Of a DNA stretch of 64,000 bases, positions 13,141 through 25,265 are shown in pieces. The number at the start of each line of letters is the position of its first letter. Within the stretch, counting starts at the first letter, position 1. The stretch covers positions 106,146,001 through 106,210,000 of the forward strand of contig NC_058368.1 in NCBI RefSeq assembly GCF_018350175.1. The letters are read 5' to 3'. Both the position numbers and the translations under genes were made by a program. This stretch comes from Felis catus. Its lineage: Eukaryota. The notes under the pieces were generated by a model. That model was given only the letters and a program-made list of their open reading frames with translations, made no database searches and was not told the origin of the DNA.

Positions 13141-15008
13141 GCATATCAACCCAAAGGGAGCAGTCATTGTACAAGTGAAGGAACTATGAGAATCAGATTT
13201 AAAATTCATGTTTTTTTCTCTCCTGCTTGATGTTACTTAGTACTCTGAGTATTTATGACTAAAGACATTATCATAGACAAAGTCATCAATCCCTGACTGA
13301 TGCAGGGGTTGTGCCCTCCTCTTATAAGGGACAGAAGGCAGATAAAAAGAATAGTAATCTTCACTTATTTCTCCCTACCTAAACACCTCTGCTGTTGAAA
13401 ACAGAAGCTTGGCCCAGTTTAACAATAAAAAAAGGTAAGAATAATCCAGTAGGGGGAAAATTCACCCAGGTGACAGGTGAAGTTGGTGTAATGATCATTT
13501 CTGTGCTATTTAAAGGTCCACTAATCAGTTACCAGTATAATCTCATACTAGTTTTAATGATGGTCAAGCAAGAACTTCCTATTCTCTACACCAAAAACTA
13601 AACAAAAATGTCAAGGAGCAAATGTAATCATGTGGCTACTTGTTCAGGCTTCGTCTGACTCTGTTCATGGGTCTCTTAGAGTCTCCTGGAATAAAGTCAA
13701 AGTACTGGGTTAGTTCCCAGGTGGGCCTCTTACCTGCTTTCATACATGTTGACCTAAATCAGACTTGGCTTTTCAGTTTGCAAATGCACAATATTGGAGG
13801 GACCTGTGGTCAAAGTTAAGAGGGTGTGCGATAGTTAAGAAAGTAGGGGGAGGGATCAGTCCTGAACAATGGTAGGTTACTTCAAAAATATCAGATTCAT
13901 GCCTAAAAGATGGTAGAACTTGATGTGTTCATCCAGAAACACAAATGCTTTGAGGGGCATATTAGAAAGGTCTAAAACAGAAAAAGTTTCATCTCAGTTT
14001 GCTGTCTGATCATAGTCACGCCCTCCAAAAATATAAGGTAAATATTCCTATAATCTCAAAAGCCCATTCTAACTTTCTCTTTGTTCCAGTTGTTTTCATT
14101 AGCTTTCCTTCTCCAGATAAGACCTCCTATTGGGTCTGCTTCATATTTCTGTAATCTTTTCAAGAGGTCAGGCCCCCAGACTCCTGCTATGGCCTTCATT
14201 ATTCATGAGATAAGATCAGATTATCTTCTCACCTGGAGGGCAGTGACAAAACGTTGGTGTGACTTAGAGTATCTTCTCATCTTTCAATCTGGCTGGACTA
14301 AAGACTCCTGTTAAGGCTTGATTTCTTTGATCTTTTATTAGAAGGTCCCCCTTTGATAAGTTGGCCTGTAACAACCCAGCACCTTACTTTCTCTTTGGTC
14401 TTTTATTGAACTGAATTCCCTACTTTTTGGAGCTGGGGAGAAAAGGGGCAATTTTTGAAGAGTAGAGGGCTCCAGAGTCTCTGAAATGTGATTTAGTGTG
14501 ATCATCTGTTCTCAAGGACTAAATAATATATCCATCTCTGTTATGAGTTGTGTGTAGAACCTGCTCATATCATCTTCCCTTGCTCGCTGAGCGCAGGCAG
14601 GAATGAATGGCTGTGATGTGAGATTTATGAAGGCCCCCATCCCCTCAGTGTCTCCCAGCCTATTCACATTTACTACCCAAGCATCAGACCCTCCTGACAG
14701 ATGGGATGGAACTTGTACCAGGAGTCACTTCCAGCCGTGTCTGTCTTTGATGTTTTATTAAGTGTATGATTTACTATTTCTTCCTTTGATTTACTAACAA
14801 GAGTAAGAAATAAGGAGCATAGGTTGGTAACAAAATCCAAATGGTCACTTTTAAGGAATTGTTTAAATGTATTAGTTTTCAGAGCAGTGAGGCCTCCACC
14901 AAGAGTGTTTTCCCAGCATCAAGCATATGTCCAAATTTGAGGAGGAGTCTACCATCTAAGGATACCATTTGGAAAAAGGTTAAGCACTGGGCTGGCAGGA
15001 AAGGTGGT

Positions 15009-15021
15009 TGTGTGTGTGTGT

Positions 15022-15070
<49 letters not shown>
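15009..15070 (+). repeat. (TG)n microsatellite
   Basis: About 30 TG units. Confidence 0.95.
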
Positions 15071-15071
<1 letters not shown>

Positions 15072-16293
15072 AAATTAGCAAATCCTTCCCCTGGTTAAAC
15101 AAAGTAACAATGATGTCATTTCTTGTAGCTCCTTGCAACCTAGAAAAGAGCTAGAAGTTGATCAGTGTTGTAAGTGTTCCTTCCTCCCTCTTTGGTCCTA
15201 ATAATCATCATTTCTGAACGCTGGAAAATAGAATGCCAGATGTTTATCACTACCCAGAGCTTGGAGGACACCACAAGGAATGCTACATTTTGGAACTTGG
15301 GACCTTGTTATGCTTGAAGCTTAACTGGTGGGACATCAACATTCTTTGCCTTGTCTTTGCAAAATATTTGCTGTAAAGTGTAAATAAAGAAAGGGGAGTA
15401 TTTCGTCACATTGCTATGCTAAAACATCTGGTATCTGGGGTTGTGTTTATACCCTTCTGCACTGCAGGCTCGTCCTTCAAAGCAATCTGGATTTTTCTTT
15501 CACCTCTTTGAATGTCCAAAAAGTGACTTTCATGTTTTTCTTAGGAAGACGATTTTGTCCAACCATATGGAGCATCTTAAATACCGAGGCCAAAAAAACA
15601 AGTCACTAAAGGCAAGTCCTTCCATTTATCTTTACAGCACACCTGCTTATATCCCAAGGGCTCTTTGTCACTCACGGCTCTACCTCCATTCTCAAAATAT
15701 TAGATCCAAAAATAACACAGTCCTGTTTGGAATATAATCTCACTTTAAAGTGTATTTCCACCATGCCCTGTTGCAAACAATATTACTACAGAGAATCATT
15801 TAATTATGATAAAGCAAATAAATAAGAACTGAGAGAAGAAATTAAGTAGAAAATTTGGTGGAAATTGAACAGAAAATAAAGGTCAGAAAGCAAGGAATAA
15901 GCATAATACACAAAATGCGTGCTATATGCTCATTAGAGGTGAGCTGCAAATCTAGCTCTGAATTTCCTAGCACACAAGCTAAGAAAGGAAACAGAATTAA
16001 TCATATGAGAGTTTCAACACTGAAAAAGAAAAACAAACCAGCTGCCCTGGAGAAATTATCTCTTGTTCTGGTACAGAGGATCGTGAGAATTTTTGCCTCT
16101 GTGTCTTCATAAAGAGAACATGTTAATGGTGAGAAAAGTATCTTCAGTCTCATTATTGTTATGAGACTTGTTATGAGCGATGGACTCCACAAGGAGGTTG
16201 CAAGAGTGTTCCTTAAAGTAGATCCACGAAGTTCCTCCAAAGCAAAGTTCCATGAAAGGAATCCTAAGAAATCATCTGAGAACACAGATTCAT

Positions 16294-16464
16294 GGGCACC
16301 CGGGTGGCTCAGTCGGTTGAGCCGTTGAGCATCTGACTTGGGGTTAGGTAGTGATCTCAGCTCGTGAGTTTGAGCCCCGCATCAGGCTCTGTGCTGATAG
16401 CTCAGAGCCTGGAGCCTGCTTCGGATCTGTGTCTCCCTCTTTCTCTGCCCCACCCCCCGCTTGT

Positions 16465-16507
<43 letters not shown>

Positions 16508-16541
16508 AATGAACAAACCTTAAAAATCTTAAAAAAATAAA
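16294..16541 (+). mobile_element. Can-SINE
   Basis: Full SINE with (CT)n; TSD gaacacagat. Confidence 0.95.
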
Positions 16542-16667
16542 AGAACACAGATCACTGGTGATCTCATAGAATCCAAGGTTACATTGCAGTTTACTGACTG
16601 CTTAGCCTTAAGAAAAACTCTTCATAAATATCCATTCATGCATTTGTTTACCAGAGAAAAGAAATTC

Positions 16668-16886
16668 TTTTTTAATAGATTTTTTTAATGTTTATTTATT
16701 TTTGAGACAAAGAGACAGAGCATGAATGGGGAGGTTCAGAGAAGAGGGAGACACAGAATCTGAAACAGGCTTCAGGCTCTGAGCTGTCAGTATAGAGCCC
16801 GACGCGGGGCTTGAACTCACGGACCTGAAGATCATGAGCTGAGCCGAAGTCGGACACTTAACCGACTGAGCCACCCAGGCGCCCCC
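16668..16886 (-). mobile_element. Can-SINE
   Basis: Reverse SINE; TSD gaaaagaaa. Confidence 0.95.
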
Positions 16887-16889
16887 GAA

Positions 16890-17320
16890 AAGAAACTCTT
16901 ATGCACTGGCATTGTGGCAACCATTGTTCTTGATGCTGGGGATGCAGCAAACTAGATGAATTCTCTGTTTTCAGGGGTCTTAAATCCTAGTGAAGTGATA
17001 AGAAACAGACAATTAAAAGGTGAAGAAAACTATTTTAGAGTGTAACAGTGATAATGCTGAAACAGATATTTGGTGGGCCAATGGTACAAGCAGGGGCTCC
17101 TTTCGATGGGTTGGTCAGGAGATGACTCTCTCAGGCAGTGAACCTTGAGCTGAGTGGTGAATAATGAGAATGGACCAGTCAAAAATCTGGAAAATCCCAG
17201 TGATCCGAGCACAGTGAACAGTAATGCAAATCTACAAGAATAGGCTTGAGCTTGATGTGCTGGAGGGACTTGTGGTCCTGGAATAGAGTGTACAAAGAGG
17301 ATTGGAGCAGGAAGACCTTG
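16890..17320 (-). mobile_element. L2 3' region
   Basis: ctggggatgcagca...ggtcagga...gcaaa...ggcttgagcttg pattern typical of antisense L2. Confidence 0.65.
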
Positions 17321-18929
17321 AACCTATGTGGCTCTGTATGGCTTCTTTATGTGAATTAGAGAAGACTCATCGACCTTAAAACACTTGGATTTCATCATCT
17401 GACAATTTTCATAATGCCATATAATTATGGTGATTGTTTGGTATTGTGATATGTCAGAAGAAGACCTTTTACTGATGTATGTTGGAAAATTGTAGTAACA
17501 AATACAGTCATCTAGGATGTCATGTGATTCATGTTGTTGGCTATTATAACAATACTCCAATGTTATTTTGGGAATGATCTTGGTCAGTAAAGGACCACAG
17601 CTAACATGGCAGTGGTGGTCAATCAGTAGACCTCCATACTGAGGAAATGGATTCCCTGATTTCAGCGACCCTCAGTATTCTAACATGAGTCTTCACAGGT
17701 CCTGGGCGTCTGCCAGTTGCAAGCTGGTCCGTGCTAGAGGTGCAGAAATTCTTTCAGGTGCTAAGGAGCCCCTTGAGGCACTGCATTAGAGAGAGATGGT
17801 TATTAAATCATCACTCAAGCTGCAAATCATCCCCATAAGTGTTAAAAGTGAACAATCAACTCCCTCATCCTTGGCAAGACTGGAAAGTTATTGTGAGAAA
17901 CGAGGATATACCTCTTAACAAGAAAGATCGTCTAAGGTTTTAGAAATCTCCAGTCTAGTTAAACAGTTTACTAATATGCAGAAAATATATAGCACAGTGA
18001 TCACAAGGGAAATGAAATATGTAACAGAAGAAAGGGAAAATCCACAATTCACAACTCTGATGGTATGAAGTTTGTCCTAATGTTTAAAAGCAGCAGCATT
18101 CAATATTCTATCAATTGTTATAAAGGATGTTTAATAATGGCAGAATTCGCTAGAAAAATAATCAGTGTACTTTTAAACGAAAAGTGACACCATTCTGTAA
18201 GTTTTGACACCTTGAAAACAGCTGCCACAACAGCTTTTTATCATATTTTCTTAATTAACACCATTATGACATCAGACTGTGGCTGCCAATAAATTATCTT
18301 TAAAAAAAACAAAATTGGTTTAATATTAGAAGCCTCTAGAAGGGATGCTAGTATTTAAGCCTGGAAACCAAAACAAGCATATTCTTTAATAATAATTTGT
18401 ACACAATTATATTTCCTTATTCCAAGTGCTATATAGGAAGTTAATTCATAGGTGATAAAGGGGAAAAGATTCTTAAAAAAATAGCAACTATACTCCTATC
18501 CTCCTTCCACAGATTGCTTTTAATTTGCTGTGAACTCTGAGTGGCTGTTCAGCTTGAGTAAATGTTATATTCATTTCCTTAGTGTTTTATCTTCTTTTCT
18601 TTAGTTCAGTTTGAAGGAAGAACCAAGAACCATATTTCCAAGGGATTCCCAGCCTTTTATAGATTATCACAAAGTGAGAGTCCGGGAACTATTCATGTCT
18701 GAGCATTCTTAAATTTAAGTTTCTGTTGAAATTCTCTCTCCTTTTAAGAATGGGTGCACGGACACAAATCCATTTGCCCTACTCATCCCAACTTCCTCTG
18801 TGAGTATCATCAACTTGTGTGAAAGATGGATAGAATTGGGTGTGAGGAAACAAGATATCAAGGCATTTCAAGAACCCTCTTTAACAGCCAAATTATGTCA
18901 TTAGTTTGGAAAAAGATTAGTTGCTCTAC

Positions 18930-19401
18930 AAACAAAGAGTATTAAAAGTCCATTCATATCAGTCAGAATTTAACACACTAAAATAACTCTATCGTCTATC
19001 TGGGGTTTGAAGATTCGCTCGGTCTCTCCAGCAGCTAACCCAAAATTCCTTGCTTTGCTGCTGTTAGACACAGCACATTTCTAGGATGTGCAAACATTGA
19101 TTCTCTGTCTATACTGCAGAAAGCTAAGCAGACATTTGGCAGTTGCTTAGTTCCTTGCACCAGTAGAGACAACCAGCTGTCACGAATTATTCTATCAGGC
19201 TTCACAGACAAGTGCCGACTTCACTTAATAGCTATTTAGACCTCTCTGCATAGTGGAGCGTTAGAATTAACATGAAACAGCATAATTTGCTGTGAATTAT
19301 GCTAATGACCGTAATTACATTCTCCATATTTTTCTGGAACAATACTTGCCAAGTTTTCAAGATTTGAGGCATGCAGGGGCTTTGTTACCTCCAAAACGAA
19401 A
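18930..19401 (-). pseudogene. DNAAF9-like pseudo-exon matching the DNAAF9 C-terminus (3' end uncertain)
   Basis: Acceptor gttctgtag|; phase 2 matches the previous donor. VLEV...LENLASIVP~TMEV...LANSLSIMP, LLVQGTKQLPN~WLRQSAKQKPQ, FWVSCWRDRANLQTP~QFVNFFGDKTDFHP, YFSVLNSD~YVEEANRE. Confidence 0.7.
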
Positions 19402-19459
19402 CTACAGAACTTCTCTATAAGAATGCTTTAGAGATAAAAGGACCTCGCAAGAGTAGCTA

Positions 19460-19670
19460 ATAGGTCAGTAGGCTCTCCCTCTGTGCCAGGCATCACGCTG
19501 AGCTCCTTGTGTGCATTATTTCATTCTTTCATCATAAAGCCCCTGTGGACTAGTCATCGCCATTGCTATTTCAGAGCACTAAGGTTTAGAAATGTGCAGT
19601 GACCTGCCCAAGTTTAGACAGCTAGTAGTTAGTGGAGTAGTTGATTTTGAATCTTGCTGTCTGTCTCCTT
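19460..19670 (-). mobile_element. MIR
   Basis: tgtgccaggcat...cattatttcatt...gtgacctgcccaag...agctagtagt. Confidence 0.75.
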
Positions 19671-20734
19671 AACATCTTTAAAAACTGTATGGGCTGCTTA
19701 GCCCAGGATCATCCAGGATGTCAGGTTTGATGGACTGAGTGATACTATGCTGCCAAATACAAAATGAAGGCAATAGCTATTTTCTCAGACTAATATGGCC
19801 AGTCTCAGAGATAATCGTGTCAATCAGAACTTGTATCTTGCTGATTATTTCGAAAAGAAACCAAAACTGACTCTCAAAACATATGGTTTCCTCACTTCTA
19901 GCAATTGATTCACTGCCATTTCACTTTTACATAATGCCTTTTCCTCTCTGAAATCCTAAAATGCTATGGGAGGAGGGGAACAGAAAATACTAATGGGGAA
20001 CCTTATGTAGAATCTAATAAAACATCTTTTAAGATGAAAAACGTGATTTATTTAGTAATGCATTTGCAAAAACAATGAAAAGAACTGATAAGGTATTTGG
20101 CTATGAGGTCAGATACACAGCCTGATGGAAAGCATCCTCCTCACCCCTTCAACATTCTTTTTATTTTTTCACTTTAGAACCCAAATCTGGATGTGAACAG
20201 TGTAAATGGTTTCAAACACCAACTACGCCTCTGTGCCTCATTCTTTCTTTTGGGCTTGTGTAGGAGGAACAGAATGTTGCCAGCAATAAACTCTAGTATA
20301 ATTCTACTCCTGGAACATCATATGTGCTCAGAGTATCTGTTTACTGAATTAATGAAAGAATGTTTAAAATGAGTAAATTATATCAGAGTCATTTTCTAAA
20401 AAGCAATTTAAGGAGGGGAAAAGATCTCTCCTAAAGTTATGAGGAAAGGAACTTCATAGGTTACACTGGCTTTTTTTAAAATATAAATATATAGATCACC
20501 ATCTATATGGTGAGAACTTGAGTTTGCAGGTAATATGTTCGTATAACTCAGAATAACTTGACTGATTTCTTCCACCTACCTATCCCCCAGCAGGGTGATG
20601 GGTTGGATGGGTTGTGGTCATGCAGTACAGAGTCAGAACCTATGCTTCTCATGGCCTCAGAAACCTGTGCTATGCAAAGCAAGTAAGGGAGATCCAGGGG
20701 ATCTTTGTCTTAAATCCCCCATAAATCATGACAA

Positions 20735-20806
20735 TTTTGAAATACAAAGTGCCTCTTCTAGCCAGGGTGGTTTTGAAATACAAAGTGCCCCTTCTAGCTG
20801 GGATGG
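20735..20806 (+). repeat. 36-bp tandem duplication
   Basis: ttttgaaatacaaagtgcc(t/c)cttctagc... x2. Confidence 0.9.
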
Positions 20807-20914
20807 TTTAAGGAAAATGGGTGTGGCATTACTAGGTTTTTTTTGTTTTGTTTTGTTTTTCTGTTATTGTCCTTATTGGACTGTAAGGAGCTTAAGGGAA
20901 TCAATGTAGTAAGT

Positions 20915-21445
20915 TTTATTAGTTGTCTGTCCTCATCTTTTCCCCTTTTCCCCTTCCTAACTTCACTCTGAATTTCATAGCCATGTGGTTTGCGAGGGGT
21001 TTTGTATACCTTTAGCTCTCCTGAGTCCTTACTTAGACCAATCTTCATAGTTCCTATCCCCAACTATAAATGGTTCATGGGTAGGCATATAACACAAGCC
21101 AGACGAGTGAGGGCCAAAAGATGCAATTCCGGGATTTGGGATTGAGATATCTGAGAAGTAAACTTTCTCATTATCCACTGGAGATGAACAAGGAAGTATT
21201 TAACATCAGGGGCTTCTGGAAGATACCTTGTGTTACAAGGAAGACTCAGCCTGAGTATGGAGCCAATCGGAACTGATAAACGGGAAGAGAAGAACAGGGT
21301 TTTTGGTAATGCCATTGAGCCAACAGGTCATACATGAAACCTGTAGACTTTTCAGTAAGGTAGGCCAGAGAATTCCCCTTATTTTTAAAGACAAGTTGAC
21401 TTGGCTTGATTGTTAATTAGAACAGAAAGAATGTCAAGTGCTATA
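20915..21445 (+). mobile_element. Old MaLR LTR (MLT1I/J/K-like)
   Basis: gacttttcagt...aattccccttatttttaaag...ttggcttg...aacagaaaga 3' signature. Confidence 0.6.
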
Positions 21446-21747
21446 GGCATATTTACTTTTTATTAGGCAGTAATGTACACATAGTAGGTTAAAGAGTGGA
21501 AAGTTCCTGAAGCCTGTTCTCTCAGACTGTGACACTGAGTTTTTAAATAAGGATGCTTGTCTTGTGTTTTATCATTGTTATTTCAGGACAGCTGAGCCAT
21601 TATTTAACTTAAGGTCAATCAGAGAACTAAAAACCCTTTAAATTTTTTTTTGCTTAACAGATTTAGATTTAACCTGTGAGTTATTTATTTCAAAAAAAAA
21701 TATGTAAAGTAGAAAGTATATTCCTTAACCAAATGCTCGTTTGTAAC

Positions 21748-22138
21748 CTGTGAAGTTTCTTTTGTCAAGCTGTTCTTTGCATTTGTGAAACAAGGGAAAA
21801 CAAATTCCTTTTTATGTCTAAAACTGCTAGCATTCATTTTGATGAAGAACTTCAACTGTCTTTAGAGTCATGTCTGAAACCATTTTTCGAAATAGGTATA
21901 ATTCTTGTTTAGGCTACATTAATGCTTACTATCCCTATGCCGATTTTTAATTCCTGCGAGTCTAGTCTCAGACACCTTGCCAGTGTTTTGACACATGCTG
22001 GGCAGACGTGAGATAGGGTTCCAGGTCGTGCCACATGAGTTCACACGTCATTCAGACCAAAGCATGTTCCCAGCTTCTGTATGGTCTTTGGATTGTGTCT
22101 ACTAATGTATCAACTAATTCATGCTATTATTTATGACT
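21748..22138 (-). pseudogene. DNAAF9-like pseudo-exon
   Basis: Acceptor acttccctctccag|, donor cag|gttaca. SHK**HELVDTL~SHTTEQRHPLLVQL, HDLEPYLTS~EDIELILSE, IVSINVA~MVQICVW, PISKNGFRHDSKDS*SS~PLEKTRFVAKCKAIQSS, RNLFSLV~GNIYHIL. Confidence 0.7.
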
Positions 22139-22398
22139 CTGGAGAGGGAAGTCCCACCTCCACTGAAACTAATATTTTTGAACTTTAATCCCCGCAAATA
22201 AAACTTTGTTCTGTTAGATAGTTCCTTTTACTTTGAGTTGGCAAAAGGACGGAAGCAATACTAATACTTATTGAATAAACACTGTCTCAGCTGTCACATA
22301 CATTATCTCTCTGAGTCTTACAAAAACCATGCGAGTTATAGTTCATCTTCACTTTACAAATGAGCTTAAATAATATATTGTATCTAATAAAGATGGGA

Positions 22399-22615
22399 GG
22401 GGCGCCTGGGTGGCTCAGTCGGTTGAGTGTCCGGCTTCAGCTCGGGTCATGATCTCACAGTTTGTGGGTCCGAGCCCCGCGTCGGGCTCTGTGCTGACAA
22501 CTCAGAGCCTGGAGCCTGCTTCGCATTCTGTGTCTCCCTCTCTCTCTGCTCCTCCCCTGCTCATGCTCTGTCTCTCTCTCCTTCAAAAATAAACAAAAAC
22601 ATTAAACAAAATTAA
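22399..22615 (+). mobile_element. Can-SINE
   Basis: Full SINE; TSD taataa(a/c)gatg. Confidence 0.95.
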
Positions 22616-23298
22616 TAATAACGATGAGAATGGTACTGGAATAAGAAGAAAAAGAAGCAGGTAGGAATTGCCACTGACTGGCCCTAGTTTAATTTTCAGC
22701 TGACTACCCTGTCTCTCTGGCCAGTGGCGGTTTCTCATGATTTCCTAAGGCTGACCCTAAGTGTTTTTGCAGCTATAACTCAGATTATTCGTCCAAGTGG
22801 AGCCTATGAGCCAGAATATATATGACTAGTGTATCTTTAAACTGCATATAATTTGCCATGCACCCAATACTGTATTTTTAAAAAATAGGAGTTCATTGAG
22901 ACACAAATTTGAAACTCTGGGTGACAGTGGAGATTGGCCCATCCCTTTCATTTTTCAGGCAAGGCAGCCAAATATCTGAACACACAGTCACAGAGCCCCT
23001 CTTGCAGAACTGCTGGAATTGGAACTAAGTTGCCCTGGCTTGGTACGTCCTACGCTTTATCCCACTCCAAACACAAACTGGCAATAAAGTAAATTAAGAG
23101 GAATTAGGGAAGGTAAAGGGGAGTTATCAGAGGAGAGCCATAATAGCCAAATCCAAATAAAAATTAAGTCACCCGAGTGACAACTTAGTATGTTTGTGGG
23201 TTAAGGAGGAACACAATTTTTATTAATAAGTAGAAATAATAGATTCAACACAGTGAACATTGGCTACTCTTATATTCATCATTATTAAGAGCTGTGCA

Positions 23299-23451
23299 AG
23301 CACCTGGGTAGCTCAGTCAGTTAGCATCCGACTTTGGCTTCGGTCATGATCGCATGATTTGTGAGTTCAAGCCCCACATCGGACTCTGTGGAAGCACAGA
23401 GCCACCTTTGGATCCTCTGACTCCCTCTCTTTCTGCCCCTCCCCCACTCCT

Positions 23452-23494
<43 letters not shown>

Positions 23495-23515
23495 AATAAA
23501 TAAACATTAAAAAGA
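23299..23515 (+). mobile_element. Can-SINE
   Basis: SINE body with long (CT)n. Confidence 0.9.
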
Positions 23516-23757
23516 AAACTGCAATATGATCCAGATACATTAAACTTTTTTTTTGAGGAGAAACATAAAAGATAAATAATAACATAAAACTCCAGTAGCA
23601 AGGTGGAGACATGAGGTTAGTAGAAAACAAAAGAGAAAATAACTTCTAAAAAATGATAAATGAAAGATTAAGCAAAAACATGCAAGAGCACATTTTAATT
23701 GCTTCTATATATTATGACATTTTCTTGAACATTTTGTTGGCCGTGCCAGCCTTCCAC

Positions 23758-24073
23758 CTTTCTTGGGCTAAGCAAAAGGACATAGCTGGAAATTATTGCG
23801 CACATGAATACAAACTTCAGCTTTATCAACAAGAAGGACAAACTGGAAATTATTCCGCATATGAATACAAACTTCAGCTTTATCAACAAGACAGCGGTGT
23901 ATGGCCACACATGTTGTGCGTTGTGTAACTCCAGAGGGCACCATCCGTGTAGACTGTGATGGGAATGAGTCACCCCAGTCTGTCACTGCCTGACCTAGTC
24001 AACTGTACATTGTATCCCTGTCTGGTAGATGCTGTCGGATAGTTGATTGTATCATAAATGTTGTATCCCCTAA
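23758..24073 (-). pseudogene. DNAAF9-like pseudo-exon (3' end uncertain)
   Basis: Acceptor tacttatttacag|. VRGYNIYDTI~LQGYTDVIDV, IRQHLPDRDTMYS*LGQAVT~LQTHPDSNVKASFTIGAIT, CPLELHNAQHVWP~EPMSCYMEHRFLFP. Frameshifts and an internal 57-bp duplication. Confidence 0.65.
23776..23890. repeat. 57-bp tandem duplication
   Basis: Copies 23776-23833 and 23834-23890 differ at about 4 positions. Confidence 0.95.
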
Positions 24074-24222
24074 CTGTAAATAAGTATTTTCCTCTTATTT
24101 TTAAAGGTACAATTTGGAAAGACATGGTTTATTCTTTACATAAACGTAAAACAAGATGCCTGTGGGAAAGGGATTTTCTTAAAGGACCAAACAAGACATG
24201 CATGTGTCCCAAAGCTGGTTAC

Positions 24223-24405
24223 CTGCTATGTTGACACACACAGAGTTCCAGATCCAGACAAATGGAGAGAAAGATTTATTTTCAGAGTATCTGTGTTACT
24301 TTAAACAAAGGGCACAAAATGCTTTCTTAAAAGGTCATCTTTTATATATCTTATTGCCACATTGTGAAACCCCACTCACTGGTGACCCCAGCACAGTTAC
24401 TACAC
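24223..24405 (-). pseudogene. DNAAF9-like pseudo-exon carrying a degenerate P-loop (183 bp, phase 1-1)
   Basis: Strong acceptor ctttcccctctatttatttag| and donor cag|gtaacc. GVVTVLGSPVSGVSQC~IISIVTGLPGCHASELC. Two stops in this frame. Confidence 0.7.
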
Positions 24406-24875
24406 CTAAATAAATAGAGGGGAAAGTCTGCCTCGTGAAACACTTAAGAAAGAAATGGAGAAATGTGCAGTCTGTAACCCCAGCTCCGACCCTAACGTGG
24501 TGTGTGGTCCTGAGAAAGCCATTTAACCTCTTGGTGTCTTCAATTCCTTTTAGAGGTCTCGAATTTCAGGGGGTGAAGTGAGGATAGAATTTTGGAATTA
24601 TCTCTCTTAAAACCCAGGAACGCTACAAGAATGAATGAATATTTTCTAAATGCGGAGGTAAATTTTCAATAGGAAAATATTTTGGCTAAGAGCTGTATGT
24701 GGGGGGGATAAAGGAGTTTTGGCAATTTCAGATTTTGATGTCAAATTACTTTTATTTATTTTTTTTCTTTCCCACAGGATCACTTAATAACTTTGTGGGT
24801 TAAGGAAAAATAGTTTTTATTAATAAGGAGAAAAAGTAGATCCAATGCAGTTTTCAGCATATTAGCATTTGCTAC

Positions 24876-25047
24876 CCTCATATGCATTATTAAGAACTGT
24901 AAAATGATACAGGGGCATTGCTCTCTCCTGCCATAAATAGACATGTACCAACAAATGGGATATGTTTCGGTGTGATAACACGTCAGTTTTTATAAGGCAA
25001 GTAAAGCACAAAGAGCTCAAAGGCATTTTCAGCAATTCCAGGCCCAA
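24876..25047 (-). pseudogene. DNAAF9-like exon remnant (172 bp, phase 0-1, open)
   Basis: Acceptor tgttttttaacag|, weak donor agg|gtagca. HLLVHVYLWQERAMPLYHFTVLNNAYE~[29 protein letters not shown]. Confidence 0.65.
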
Positions 25048-25265
25048 CTGTTAAAAAACAGTTTTGCATCTTTAGTGATTACATATACGGTTTAGACATC
25101 TTAACATATGCAAATACCCTAGAAGGTTCAATCTTTGGAATTCTGTCCTGGGGGTCCATGGAAGAGATTCAGAATATAGCTAACATTAAAAATGGTTACT
25201 ATTTATTGAGCACCTAATGTATACTTTAATATTTAAACTAATTCATTTAAATGCTTAAGTGGGAA

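Larger units (their letters stand above)
138..17780 (-). pseudogene. Chain of further decayed exon candidates of unknown product (17640-17780, 16039-16275, 14388-14432, 13734-13803, 12441-12487, ~11210-11488, 9022-9590, 326-481, 138-205)
   Basis: Each lies in unique DNA and has a pyrimidine-rich AG acceptor and a GT donor on the minus strand (some donors weak). Several phases chain. Frames contain stops. No protein family recognised. Confidence 0.4.

Noticed and set aside
23776..23890. Possible CRISPR-like or minisatellite array
   Set aside because: Only two adjacent copies with no spacers, in eukaryotic DNA.
9022..24073. Resemblance to anoctamin, Piezo or NACHT/NB-ARC proteins
   Set aside because: Isolated short motifs with wrong spacing and no collinearity.
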